Positions 26,044 through 38,773 are shown, counted from the first letter of the whole stretch. The stretch is 63,260 nucleotides of DNA, filler included, from Rhabdomonas costata (GCA_019059605.1; 55 parts of 55 records of this genome joined end to end with filler, not necessarily neighbours in it); one strand, 5' to 3'. Numbers and translations are program-made. Notes: generated by a model not told the origin, from the letters alone.

Positions 26044-27679
26044 GGTCTTCGTCACTCTGTTTTTATTTTAGCGCTGATTTTAAGACTGCACTTATTGAGA
26101 CCTGCTGCTGAGTGAAAAGTCAAGAAAAGTAACAGAAAGAGAGCTAAGCCGTATATACAGCAGGCCTCCCGGAACACTGTGTGTTCCATTTTTTTGTATT
26201 TTCTGACCTTTCCACTTTGTTGTGCCCTCTCGCGGCTCTTGGATCCCTTTTGCGCTTTTTCTTGCGTGCTTTGTCCCCGCGTGTTGGCTTGGAGAACCGA
26301 GGAAAAGATGGCAATGGCGGCAGAGAGCTTTCTGCCCCCACAAGCCCCCGTAGGACCTTCTCCGCCCTATGCATCTGCACCCCAACCGCAGTACCACCAA
26401 CANNNNNNNNNNNNNNNNNNNNNNNNNNNNNNNNNNNNNNNNNNNNTTAATTAATTAANNNNNNNNNNNNNNNNNNNNNNNNNNNNNNNNNNNNNNNNNN
26501 NNGGTTTGGGGTACGGATACTGTCAGGCACCGAAGATGGCTCGAATCCATATTACGGTCCACCACGCTGGTCTCAATTAGGCGCGAAGATAAAGGCAACT
26601 CTGGCCCCACCCCAACCAAGGACTTCCCCTGTGAAACGCGGGGGCCAGCAGGTGCCTGGTTGGGGACATACGTTGCCTCGGCGCGCTTAAATGGCCCCCG
26701 GAGTCTCGTTCCGTGGTAAAACTTTGGATACAACTGGACCCCCCCCACACACACAAACACATATCAGAGTGCCACCCCGCAATCTACGTGTTTGTAAGGC
26801 GATCTGTGAGGAGAGGCATGGAAAGCGGCGAAACATTCAGTTTACTGTAAAATTACGGCATCCCGTCCAATCGCTACCCATGGTGACTGCACAACCGGGG
26901 TCCTCTCCATCATCTTCTACTGGAATCCCACGGGGACATGTGCATCGCCCTCGAACTCTGAGCAAAAGCTGTGCTGCAATCGCTCAGCAAATTGTGAGTA
27001 CCAATCGGAACCGCAGAAGTGCGTACCGTGCATGGTACTCACTTTGGAATAACGGGAGGGGGGCGTCCATTGTTCTAAATTGTTCACAATAAACCCATGA
27101 CAGAGAATACGCGTGTTCCCACAACGGGGTCCACATCAAAGAAAACTCAACGTCACTCCCTGTGTGACAACCCCAGCAAAAAAAAACGTGAAGAACACAG
27201 ATGAGCAGGGTCAATTTTTCACCCTGGTGACCCCATTTTGGACAAATATCCACGGATTTGGAATTTTGGTGGACCCCGTCAGAGGCTTCAAAAAGCCCCA
27301 ATTTCAGCCAAAAATCGGCCATTCGAGGGTCAAAACGCTCGAATCGAAGCTCCAAACCGTGCAGTGTTTTTCGAGCTCACCGACCCAAGAAAAATGGGAG
27401 GCTAGGTCATGGTTTTTTCGGCACCGCTCTGACTTCCTCGAAATGGAAATTGTGCCGCAAAAACCCCTTAAACAGGCAAAGCTGAGGGGAAACACGCAGC
27501 AAAGCATACCTTCACCCCCCCAGCCCCCCCACACCTGACCCCAAAACACCAACNNNNNNNNNNNNNNNNNNNNNNNNNNNNNNNNNNNNNNNNNNNNTTA
27601 ATTAATTAANNNNNNNNNNNNNNNNNNNNNNNNNNNNNNNNNNNNNNNNNNNNGTTTGTTGTTCTCGCACTGCGCGCAG

Positions 27680-28503
27680 GAAGTCTGTGAGAGGACAGAG
27701 TCTGACAAGAAGGGCGGCCACCTTGCCCGTGACAAAAGTGGCACCCTGGTGCTGCGCGAAAGCGCGCAGTGCCCGAAGGAGGACGAGGGGAAGTTCCAGG
27801 ACATCACCCGCCACAAGTCTCGTCTCACCGCCCCTTTTTTGGAGAAGTCAATTTCAATTCGGGTTGGACGGATGCTCGTCTGCTGACCTCCCTTTCGATA
27901 TTTGAGGCCGCGTGACCCTCCCGAGTGACACACTTTCCAACTTGGGGAGACACCTTATGAGTCTCTGAGTATATTCAAAGGTGCGCGTTGTCTTGATGAG
28001 CCCGCACGGGTGGGAATGCACTTTCAGGTTCTTCAACACCAACAATCTCTGGCTCAACCTGCCGCTGCTGAAGGCCGCGATGGATAGCAAAGGTGGAACC
28101 AGCTGAAGGGCAACCTACGATTTAATGGATAATTCGGTGCTTCCTTTTCGTGTCGGTCGGGCGTGTTGGGGGGAGGGGTTCTGATCAGTCCAGTGTACTA
28201 TAACGACTCTAGGGTACAAGAGAGAACAAGCAGTGAGGTAATCAGCACAAAGCTTGTAGAGCAAAAGCGTGAGAGAGAAGCCCTCTCAAGGGCCTGTTCA
28301 TTGATTGTCGTGGTTTTTGTTTACCTGTCCTTAAAGACAAGCTTGCACAGTAGTTATGATTAATATGATATTGTGCTCTCCAGGAGGTGTCCTGCCCCTG
28401 CCGCTGATTCGCAACGCGAAGACGGTTGACCCCCGCAACGCCAGCAGCACCCCCGTGTTCCAGCTGGAGACGGCAATGGGTGCTGCGATAGCCTCGCTGC
28501 CAG
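27680..28503 (+). CDS. UGP: UDP-glucose pyrophosphorylase, three exons (27680-27816, 28028-28092, 28384-28503)
   Basis: EVCERTESDKKGGHLA..LRESAQCP..FQDITRHK|FFNTNNLWLNL..|GGVLPLPLIRNAKTVDP..VFQLETAMGAAI; both GT-AG introns keep the frame; resembles trypanosomatid UGPase. Confidence 0.95.
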
Positions 28504-29025
28504 GTTCACGCATACACATTACCCATTAGCGCACGCACGCATGCACGCACACACACACACACACGTTCACACAAACCTTCAGCCGTGTTGTGCATATTGT
28601 ACAGCCTGTGAGCGACGCATTTTTCTACAAACTTTTGGTTTGTAACTCACGGTGGTTCGCGTTAGTGCTGGTCAACTTCGAGAAAAAGGCATTGGAAACA
28701 CAACANNNNNNNNNNNNNNNNNNNNNNNNNNNNNNNNNNNNNNNNNNNNTTAATTAATTAANNNNNNNNNNNNNNNNNNNNNNNNNNNNNNNNNNNNNNN
28801 NNNNNTGTGTTGGGTGTGGAGCATTTAAATGAGGGATTCAAGTTGTGCGGGGCCTTTGTTGAGCTTTTGAGATTTTGCTATTGCTTTAGAAACAGGTCTC
28901 TATTTTTCCACTGAAAAGCGCTATTTAGTTTTCTTCAGACTCTTCCCCTGGCCACTGGCCACGTCACGCTCTGAAGTTGAAGCCCGACGCGCTGGGGCCT
29001 GGGGCTTGACAGGGCAGCCTTCCAG

Positions 29026-29192
29026 GCACGGACCGAGAATTCACGGAGATGCTGAGGTTTGTGGGGCAGCACAAGATAGTGCCTGTGGTGGGGTCGGTGC
29101 GTCCGTTCAGCGAGGTTCAGGCGGCGCTGGAGGAGCAGGGGAGTGGGAAGCCCCACACCATGGGGAAGCTTGTGCTGACCTTTTCCCAATAA
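29026..29192 (+). CDS. MDR-family (zinc-type ADH/quinone oxidoreductase) final exon
   Basis: GTDREFTEMLRFVGQHKIVPVVGSVRPFSEVQAALEEQGSGKPHTMGKLVLTFSQ* fits the MDR C-terminal PVV..PF.E..A..GK.V pattern; stop TAA. Confidence 0.8.
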
Positions 29193-29957
29193 AGGGCCCG
29201 TAAAAACCAATAAAGAGTCAGTTGGTTCTTGTGGTGTTGGGTGGAGAGGCGTTGAGTTGAGTTTGTGCAGCCTTCGGAATCAGTGCCCTGTTTGTTTTCG
29301 TATTTTATGCTCGGTGTTCGTCCCTCACATTGTGCGGGACCTTCGCAAGTATTTTTTCTGGGTGAGTTTGCACTGATTCACTCATAGGTCGATTATTGTG
29401 TGCGCGAGGTAAGTTTGCATCTCGCGTTGTTATTGCGGTCTCGTTGTGATGAAGGCTTTATTTGTGAAAGGGCTTTGTCGTTTGTCTTGCTCTGAAGCAC
29501 CCGTTGCGTGGGGTTGTGTTTCATCATATGTGCGCTTTATTTATGGATTGAATTTATGGATTTATTTATTTTTGTTATTGTTGGATTCCTGTTTCGAGCA
29601 TTCTCTCAATATGGCCTATTTGTTGGCTGCGGACATTTTTTTTTGAATTGTCGCGTGTCGTGTGGCCTCGTCAGTATGCTGGCCGATTGAAAAGGTGACA
29701 CTGCCATCTATTGAGGAACATTGCTGGATGCTCGATTTTGGAGAAGGCCATTCTAACAGTGGATGGCGTCTTCTGAATCATTTCCCTTCCGTTATTGTAT
29801 CAACGTCGTCCTCGCGTACTACCACCTCGCTCCTGCTCAGAAAGGGAAAACACCACCNNNNNNNNNNNNNNNNNNNNNNNNNNNNNNNNNNNNNNNNNNN
29901 NTTAATTAATTAANNNNNNNNNNNNNNNNNNNNNNNNNNNNNNNNNNNNNNNNNNNN

Positions 29958-30428
29958 CTGTCGTTGCCGTGGATACAGGGCAGAGCGGGGTTCTCCACAC
30001 AAGGGCAGCCAATACATGTGCGCAGCGCGGTGTGGTTGAACCTCCAGCAGTCGCAGGTTCCCGTGGGGCAGTTCCCGTTTTCCTCACGCGACATACACTC
30101 GCAGCCTGAGCAAAGTGCAGGTGGGGGTGAACGGTGGGTATTAATTCGATTTAATTCGGAATGAAACTTTGGGAAGAGCAGGATTACCCACGGCATGCTG
30201 GCACGGTGCACTGCTATTGCAGGGACAACCTGGAAGAATGAACAGAAGCACACAAGGCAAGGTGAGAAAGAGAGCACAGGAACGAAGCAGAAAAAGTGTA
30301 GGAAAGAGTTCGGTGGTACCAAAGTTTTCCTTCACTCCACCCTCAGTGCAGTCAATCATGTCATTGGTGGAGAAGCAAACGCCACGGACGTTGCAGAAGC
30401 CGCAGGGATAGCTTGAAGGCGGGCATTC
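29958..30428 (-). CDS. Cysteine-rich protein, probable exons
   Basis: ECPPSSYPCGFCNVRGVCFSTNDMIDCTE and GNCPTGTCDCWRFNHTALRTCIGCPCVENPALPC on the same strand; boundaries uncertain. Confidence 0.4.
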
Positions 30429-33400
30429 TGAACAGAGAGATTGCATAGATACCAAGCACCAACCACTGTTGTTGTGAGTACAAGAAATGGGAAGGGAAAG
30501 GGAAAGGAAGTACACCTCCAGGACAGGGCTGCGTGTTGCAGGCGCGCGACTCCAGTGAGCCCGAAGGAAGACCACAGGGGCTGCCCACGACCTGCCGTGT
30601 CTGAATTCCTCCTTTGGTGCAGAAACGAACGCAGCCAGGAACCGAGCACGTGGCAAGTCGTTCAATATTCGCCACCCACAGACTTCAGACCAGAGCTCAG
30701 CAGCCCAGCAAAATGAACAGACGTTCAGACAGACAGAGGAATACATAATCCGAAGTGAATACATAATACCGATGTAACGCCGGAGGGAAAGAAGAAATCA
30801 AGCAAAACCTGCGCATTCCGCGGAGCAAGGCCCGAATTCCGTCAGACCGTTGCAAACTGCAACAGAAAAAGGAGGAGTTCAGTTTTGCGAAAGCCACGAG
30901 GACCCACGAAGCAGAGTAGGAAAAAAACAAAGATCCCTGGAGAAGCACAACAGCGAGTGGAATGTCAGGTTGAGCAGCAGAGAGCGAGAAAGCGATAATC
31001 ACAAAAAACNNNNNNNNNNNNNNNNNNNNNNNNNNNNNNNNNNNNNNNNNNNNTTAATTAATTAANNNNNNNNNNNNNNNNNNNNNNNNNNNNNNNNNNN
31101 NNNNNNNNNTGCTTGGTGGAAGTGCGCGTTAAAGCTTCAAGATTAAGGCGGTTCGCGATTCCCTTAGATGAGGTGAGGTGGTGCTAACGTCCTGAAATCG
31201 GATACAGTTCAAGCTTCCACGACGTTCAACGCGAGGAAGGGAAAAATGGTATCCGGGGATTAATTTTGCGGTCAGTGGACATGCCGGTTTTACAGTAAAA
31301 AGAACGCAGCGCAACGCGCGTGAAATGCGTGCGCGAGAAACAAAAAATGCAAATGGTCAGCAGAGGAGCATATGAATACCGAAGTTATCGCTCTTCTCTA
31401 TTTTGTGGAATGCCCAATGTGGGTTTTTGCTTGGACCTCCCTGCCACCATCTTGTATGACTTTCCCTTACTTTGGGTTGATTCTTTTCTTCAAATGTGAA
31501 AGTACTGATTCGCAGTCAGAGAATCGTAGGCACGGGCGAGCCTTTGGGAAGCAGGGTTCACGTGCCCCTGAGCGATTCTCGTGCAGTTCAGCAGTGGTGG
31601 CGGACTCGGGTAAAGGGAGGATTTGCTGGACAACCAAGCCATAACCAGCCCAAGGATCCTTCCCCTGCGAAGTGAACCGAGACAAAGCGAGGAGAGAAAA
31701 ATACTTTTTTGCACACGGCCTGCATTTCGGCGCGGACAGTGAGCTGGAACATCGTCGATGCTCGAGGGAGAGGCAGAAAGGACCCCATGGGTAAAGATCC
31801 TCTCGCCTCTCCCCCTTCCAATTCACAAATGCGCCCATCATTCTCCACACGCAGCCTTCTTCCTGGCGTAGGCACTGCTGAACTTCAGACAGCAGCACCA
31901 CCTCCCATCCTGGCCCATCCCATTGAGGGATGCATTGTGAGATCAGAGGATTCAGCCCCCTTTGATGGGTGATCTGTGAGTGGGCCAAATGACCTGCCGA
32001 CAGCCAAACCTCACTCTCACTCTCACTCTCTATAACACTCTTGAAGGGCTATGGGCCAACCAGGCAGCTGAGTTCTGGGCGGCGAGCGCGGCCCAGTGGA
32101 GCCTCCGGGGCCATTCCGGCCACCGCCACCCCGAAGCCTACCCCGCTGCCGTGCACCGCGGNNNNNNNNNNNNNNNNNNNNNNNNNNNNNNNNNNNNNNN
32201 NNNNNTTAATTAATTAANNNNNNNNNNNNNNNNNNNNNNNNNNNNNNNNNNNNNNNNNNNNGGGGTGTTTTCCACTGCGGCGCCGAGACGAATAGCTCGG
32301 TCTTGTTTTCTGCTCGGGGTTTTCCGTTTCGCTCCGTATGTTGTGCACCCGTATGATGGGCGGGTTTGTACAATCTTGATAATAGTTTTTTGGGGTCTCT
32401 CATTCTCCTCGCCACTTATGGTGCCGCTCAAGGCGGTCCTCTTACATTTGATTTTCTGCATACCTTCGTGTTTTCGCTGTCAATAATGATAGGGGTGTGA
32501 GTCATAGCCTGCGCGGCATTGCGGTGCCATTTATGCGCACAGGTTTTTTGCGGAATTTGTTCTGGACTGAGGAACGCAATGTCTTGTGTTGCTGTCATAT
32601 GAGTGAAAGAGTTATTTTCATGTACTGTTGGCAAGGCCAAGTTGAATTATGCAGCCCCAGGTGCACGGGAGATGTGTATTGCCCTATACCCCCCTGCAAA
32701 TCTTCCCATAGAATTCCAAGAAACAGGTGCATTGCCCCGTAACCCCATGCACATCTCCCAAATCCCATGGGGGGGGGGGTACATAATGCACGCGGGCGAA
32801 GTGCTAACATTTAGCATGCTTAACGCCTAGCAGTGCTGAAGGGCCATAAATTTACTAACTTCTCCTCTCCTAAATTTAAAAGTGTCCGGTTCGGTGGTTC
32901 AGGACTGCTAAACGTTTAGCATCGTCACCCCATGGTACGACGGGCATCTGACAAAAATTGAAACACCAGAGGGATGCTGGCTTGACCCAAAACACTGAAA
33001 TGTTTAGCCTTATGTCCGCACAAACGGAGTGAAACCCGATGTTGTTGTTGGCTTGCCCTCTGCGGGCGAAACAAAGCTAAGCACCCCCACACGCACACGC
33101 ACAGAAGCCCACCTTGCTTTTTCCCACCCTAGTTTTGGAGCCCCCCCTCCCAGGGCAAGTCGACCAAACAGCCCTCACGGGAACAGGTAACACGTTATGT
33201 ATACAAGCCCTCCAAGAGTAGGGCTCTAACCGGTATTCCTGTACCAAAACACGAAAAAAAAAAAACAAAGCACCTTAAATCCTATAAAGTGCATATATCC
33301 CCCCACCCACNNNNNNNNNNNNNNNNNNNNNNNNNNNNNNNNNNNNNNNNNNNNTTAATTAATTAANNNNNNNNNNNNNNNNNNNNNNNNNNNNNNNNNN

Positions 33401-33799
33401 NNNNNNNNNNGGGGGTGGGGTGTCACCCTACGAGTAGTGTTGGTGTCAGAGTCGCCAGGGGGTGCAAGCTGCTAGGTTGATGCTGGTACCGATGCTGCGT
33501 AGTGTGGTTGATACTGCTCCTACTCCAGTGGCTAGATCCGAAGTGGAGGTCGCCGAGACCTACATGACCGTACACCTCTTCTATGGGTGTACGTAACCGT
33601 GCATAGGCCGGTGGAATGAACCATAGAGACGTTGGATGAGTAAAGGCACCTTAGGGTGGCTGAACGAACCATGATGACGTTGTTGTGTGACTGAGTCGTA
33701 AGCCGAGGGAACAGGAAGAGTAAGAATCAGAGTCGTCACGCGCTACAAAGGTACCCGGTTATTACGCTTTTTTCTCCACCTCAGAGGCAGTTTTGGTGT

Positions 33800-34095
33800 G
33801 TCGTCACATTCGGCATCTTCGTTGCCTTGCGGCGCCATGTTCTCATGTTCATGTTCCTTCATATGATGTTGGTCGTCGCTCCTCCTTTTTTTTATGCCGT
33901 CACATTCGCTACGCTCATGTTCCTCCGGGTGATGGTTCGTCACATTCACTGCGTTCATGTTCCTCATGTTCCTTTCTTGTCGTGTCGCCGGTACGCTCAT
34001 CCTTGTCTTGTTCGTCACATTCGCTACGCTCATGTTCCTCCCAACGTCAAAACTCGTTCACATTCACTTCGTTCATGTTCTCACTCCTGTTCCTC
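33800..34095. repeat. Imperfect minisatellite-like repeat gtcacattc(g/a)ct(a/g)cg(c/t)tcatgttcctc
   Basis: About 5 copies (33803, 33899, 33939, 34014, about 34058); the minus strand reads EHERSECD-like peptides in shifting frames. Confidence 0.7.
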
Positions 34096-35340
34096 TGCAA
34101 CACGTTCTTCTGATCACGGTTCACACTCGTCCAGAAAGCAGGCGTATACCAGGGAGTTTTCACCCGAGCAAAAGGCCAAAGAGCCACGACCACCCAACGA
34201 GGTTGCGAGACCGATTGGGACTTGCGCGGGTGAACGGCAAAGGATTTGGGGCAGGCTAGGCCCCAAAGAAAGATCAATAATCAAATTGTAGAATTTGATT
34301 TATGTCAAAATCGAACCACCTAACTTTACGCACACCCGTTTAGAGCGCACAAAAATACAAGAGAAACCCCAGGTTTCTCGTGGCTACGCCGCCAAACCAC
34401 GAAATCAAAGACGAAAAAACTTAACCACTTCAAGGGCAGGGGCTTGGCATGACACCAAAACANNNNNNNNNNNNNNNNNNNNNNNNNNNNNNNNNNNNNN
34501 NNNNNNTTAATTAATTAANNNNNNNNNNNNNNNNNNNNNNNNNNNNNNNNNNNNNNNNNNNNCTCACCTCCCGGTGGAGAGCAAAGGGAAAGGTATCGCC
34601 GGGGAAAGGGAAACCACACAAATATAGGGTGGCTGAAATTTGGAAACGGGGCAGGGTCAATTTCAGGCACGGCGGTGCGATCCTCAACGCAGTGCAATCA
34701 GAAACATCCGGTATGTGCCAAAATGATAATTCATCCAAGTGACATCCGAAATCCACCTGATTCCGCAAACGGCTCAGCCAGAGGATTCAGCCCTCAGAAA
34801 AAAGTAACACGGCGCATACTGGACCACTCAAGATTGGATTAGATCAAGAATTTGGCTCCACAGGTCGAGATATATACTACAAAATACTCCTCTACAAGAG
34901 CGGTGCTCAGTCGGACGATCGGAAAAGAAAGCGAAACCAATCAGCGTGCATTAATGGGACGGTGAAAAAGAACCTGTGCCATTGCTCTGGGAATTTTGCG
35001 GTGCCGCATCGACCTTCATTGCACAACAATCCAAAAATCCCCATGTTGAGCCAGGAGAAATTACAAGCCTTGAGCAAATGGGTAGGTTTACGGGATAGCG
35101 GCGGTAATTTTTGCAGACCAAAAACTGTGGTCATTGGTGATTGCAAATGAAACCATCTCACATTTCACGGGCACAACCGCGAATGAAGGAGAATGAAACC
35201 CAGCCACGTAATGTGACGGACGCTGCTCACCACAATACGGATGTTCCACTGGCCCGATGGCGGGTCCCAGTGAGGCGTCCGAAAACGAAGGCCGCAACCA
35301 GAGCTCCGTCTGACACCATCTACTGGCACTCGCCTCCCCT

Positions 35341-35445
35341 TTATTTGCTGCGCTGCCTCATCTTTCTGCGCTTCCGCTTCAGGCGGCGGATCCGCTTTTT
35401 CTTCCATTTCTTGCGCATCCCGCGGGGCCGGCTGATCGACCCCAT
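35341..35445 (-). CDS. RPL41: Ribosomal protein eL41 with 9-aa N-terminal extension (34 aa), complete; absent from the ORF track
   Basis: [34 protein letters not shown], close to canonical [25 protein letters not shown]. Confidence 0.95.
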   Translation of the reverse strand: [34 protein letters not shown]

Positions 35446-35476
35446 CCGGAAGCCCCCCGAACAACAAAAAGAGGAG

Positions 35477-35510
35477 CTGCAAGGAAAGGGACAGGGGGAG
35501 GGGCGGAGAT
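35477..35510 (-). promoter_or_regulatory. Polypyrimidine tract plus AG 31 nt upstream of the eL41 ATG (candidate trans-splice acceptor)
   Basis: Minus strand tctccgcccctccccctgtccctttccttgcAG; cis versus trans use cannot be told from DNA. Confidence 0.5.
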
Positions 35511-36066
35511 GAAGACCTAGTTTCTGCTGCTTGGAACGCAGTCAACTCGGAGCTGGAAATGACGGCTAAATGTTCCCTCCGATTCAAAGCAGCAGGAATT
35601 TTACCACCCCCCCCNNNNNNNNNNNNNNNNNNNNNNNNNNNNNNNNNNNNNNNNNNNNTTAATTAATTAANNNNNNNNNNNNNNNNNNNNNNNNNNNNNN
35701 NNNNNNNNNNNNNNGAGGTAGTGGTGCAAGGTAAACACTCTTTGTCAGTAGAATATAGAATAAGCTGTCCAGGGAGGTCCGGAGGGGGGCGGGTGCAAAG
35801 CCAAGGGGAAGAGTAAGTTCGGAGATGCACGTGATGCGTCATCAGACCCTTGTTGACCTGTTCTGACCTGTTGTGCCCTGTATTGCCCTGTTGTATAATC
35901 TTTCCAATCCGCTTCTTTCTTCTTCCATGAGAGAGTGCTCAGACTTGTCATCCTCAAAATCACGCAACAGAGGATCGGGAATCGTGGAGGGGCTAGCGTG
36001 GTTCCCCCGCATGGGTTGGGGAAGCGGAGGCACAAAAGGAAGGCGAAAAGAAACACTGCGCCATAC

Positions 36067-36450
36067 CAGAGGCCTTCCCGCCGTGCACCATGACCTGTAC
36101 TGGGTACACCCAGTCGAAGTACTGCTCGGGTGGGAGCCCGGTACCAAAGCTCTGGTTCAGCGCGGCCAGCACGGCGGTGAGCACGGCGGTGGAGCTGCTC
36201 ATTCCCCCGGACTCCCGCGGGATCTGACTTTCCACGGAGACCTCCAGCCCGCCCCGCAGGGCGGGGCTCAGGCCCCCCTCGGGGGGAGGGCTGGCCTGGG
36301 AGAGGACGTGGCGGAGGAAGTTCCGGGTTAGGTGCCGCACAGGGTCCAAGGGGTGGCCGTAGCCCGGGGGAAGCGGCCACTCCATCGCCAGCAGCTCAGA
36401 GAGGGCGTGGGTGCACTCCCCGAACGCCGAGGAGCGCAGCACAAAGACGT
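36067..36450 (-). CDS. GHMP-family kinase exon (mevalonate kinase-like, divergent)
   Basis: GLEVSVESQIPRESGGMSSSTAVLTAVLAAL...VMVHGGKASG resembles the GHMP ATP loop and the MVK HGxxSG motif; 384-nt AG/GT exon. Confidence 0.7.
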
Positions 36451-37369
36451 CTGAAATGAGGTGCGGGATGAGCTGCAAAACGGACACCACCCACCCCGCG
36501 TCCACCCCGCGTGGACTTTATTGTTTATCCTGCGACAATCCGCAGTGCAGGGGGACTTCAATATATGCTTGGCAGGCAGGGGATCACGTAAGCGAAGCAT
36601 GGGCCCAACGTTATTGTTCTGTTCTTCCCAAGAACAAAAATAAAGGGAACGACAAAAGACGGACTCGTCAGGTGCATAACCAGTGCCTGAAGACACGGCA
36701 GTACTGGTTTCTGTCCGTCCTTGACTAAAGCGAAGATATGAGGCGAAGAAAAAGAAACACACACCCNNNNNNNNNNNNNNNNNNNNNNNNNNNNNNNNNN
36801 NNNNNNNNNNTTAATTAATTAANNNNNNNNNNNNNNNNNNNNNNNNNNNNNNNNNNNNNNNNNNNNCTGGGAAAGAAAAAGTCGGCTCCTTTTGATCTCG
36901 TACCCGCTGAAACCTCCGCTAAATCTAAACCTTCACCCCATCGTGGGAGAAAATCCACGAGAATGCGGGGGGCCTCTAACCCGCCATACACAGCGCCAGA
37001 AGTAAGCGGGTGCTGGACCACGATATAAATCAACAGAGTCAACAGAGTGGAACTGTTTTTGTTTGCAATTCAACGGGAGACAACCGCATCGAAAAGCAAA
37101 CAGAAGAGCAGAGACAACGGAACGAGGAAGCAACAGCACCTGCGCCCACAGCTGCTCATCACTGACAAGAAAAGCAGTTGCGAGAGGGGGGCTGAAGACT
37201 TTTTGAGCCACAGAACGGCGCTAAAAGCAACACCCAAAATGCAGAATGCCAACACGCCACTCGTAATTCAAACGACTCTGCTGTCACGTTTGCGGTCTGC
37301 TGTCACGCTGCTGGCCTGCTACGACGAAGGATCAGCCTCCCAATGCATCCCCCCTCCAATACACATATG

Positions 37370-37547
37370 CCTTGAGCTCGCCACCGGCTCCAGGGTGGCA
37401 GAGACGAGGTACGAGGTGGAGGGCGTCATGAAGTCCAGGTTTCCGCTCCAGTTCGTGCCCAGAGTTGGCAGCCCCATCGCCATAGCTTGCACCAGGGGAA
37501 GGCCCCACCCCTCGCCCCTCGAGGGGAGAACAAAACAGTCCACTGAC
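37370..37547 (-). CDS. GT4 (Glycos_transf_1) glycosyltransferase exon
   Basis: SVDCFVLPSRGEGWGLPLVQAMAMGLPTLGTNWSGNLDFM; AG acceptor at 37549-37548; 3' end uncertain. Confidence 0.9.
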
Positions 37548-38245
37548 CTGTCAAAAGAAAAGTCAACACGAATCCTTGTCAGTCTTGCCCTTCCACATAA
37601 TGGCATGTGTGGTACCCTTGCACCTTTTTGTGGGGGACGTTCTCCTCCCTTGTTGCTATTTCCCAACTCTACCAGCTGCCTTGCGCTGAAGCCCGTACGT
37701 GGGTAGGTTCGTAGAGTTTCCCCTCCTGGTTGCTGTTCATGCTGCCGCCTCGCGACAGCCCATTGCACTCTGTACACTCTGCGTCGGAGGGCTTCGAGTC
37801 CCCCAGTTTGCGGGCTCCCCTTCTTTCCTTCTTCCTTCTCATTCGCTCTAAGTTTGTTCTCTCTGTGTGGACCCCCACTGTCGAGACAAAATTTGAAAAA
37901 GAAAAAAAAACCAAAAAANNNNNNNNNNNNNNNNNNNNNNNNNNNNNNNNNNNNNNNNNNNNTTAATTAATTAANNNNNNNNNNNNNNNNNNNNNNNNNN
38001 NNNNNNNNNNNNNNNNNNGGGTTGTTGCCCAGCGAATTGGATGACATTTTTAGCCGAAGTAAGTGGTCGTTTTCCCTCACGATGGCGACGGTCCGCATGC
38101 TGAATGCGGATTAGGTAATATTGGCCAGCCTGGAAGGACCCCCCCCCAGAACTTTGATAGGGGGGAAACGATAGTTACGGGGGGAGGGTGACCGTTTAAT
38201 TGGATATTATACATCCCCACTATACTATCATTATATAGCACGTAG

Positions 38246-38393
38246 CACCGTAAACTCAGAACACGTGCTTTAAGCCTCAGTAAGATGAAAACATTTAAAA
38301 CATGTCGTGTGCATCCATACCAGCCTAGGGGCGTTTTACACCCAGGACTTCAATTGTAAACTCGTAGCATACTAAATTCTGAGTTTCCGGATG
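38246..38393. mobile_element. Short TIR element, same family as 20411-20538, opposite orientation
   Basis: caccgtaaactcagaa ... catactaaattctgagtttccggatg; the reverse complement of the right end resembles 20411-20436. Confidence 0.6.
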
Positions 38394-38587
38394 TAACTTA
38401 CCTTGCACAAAATTTCAAATTGAGGTTAAGATGGAGACACCATTTCTTTCAAAACTTGCACGCTGATGTTCTTTTTTGTGGTTTTCCTGCGATTTCAGTC
38501 CACGCAACTCATGGTTTGCACGACTCGTAACGTACGTGATGCGCCGCCTTTAGAAAAAAAACGTCAGTTTTTTTCCTTCCCGGACAG

Positions 38588-38773
38588 CTTTGCTTTCGCA
38601 ACCGTATCAACTACCTGGACGGATGCCGGGCGGCCCCCAAGTTGCAGCTCAAGAAGGGTGCGCAGGTCATGCTGATTCGAAATCTCAACGAGAGGGGCTC
38701 CCGGGACCTCGACGGGTTTTGCTCTCCCTTCGCCCTGGTCAACGGCAGCCGTGGCATTGTGGAAGAGCTTGTG
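38588..38773 (+). CDS. PIF1: Pif1-family helicase exon
   Basis: APKLQLKKGAQVMLIRNL...LVNGSRGIVE is a diagnostic Pif1 segment; AG/GT bounded. Confidence 0.9.

Noticed and set aside
33800-34095. About 28-nt repeats resembling a CRISPR array
   Set aside because: Degenerate copies, irregular spacing, repeat-derived spacers, no cas genes and eukaryotic context.
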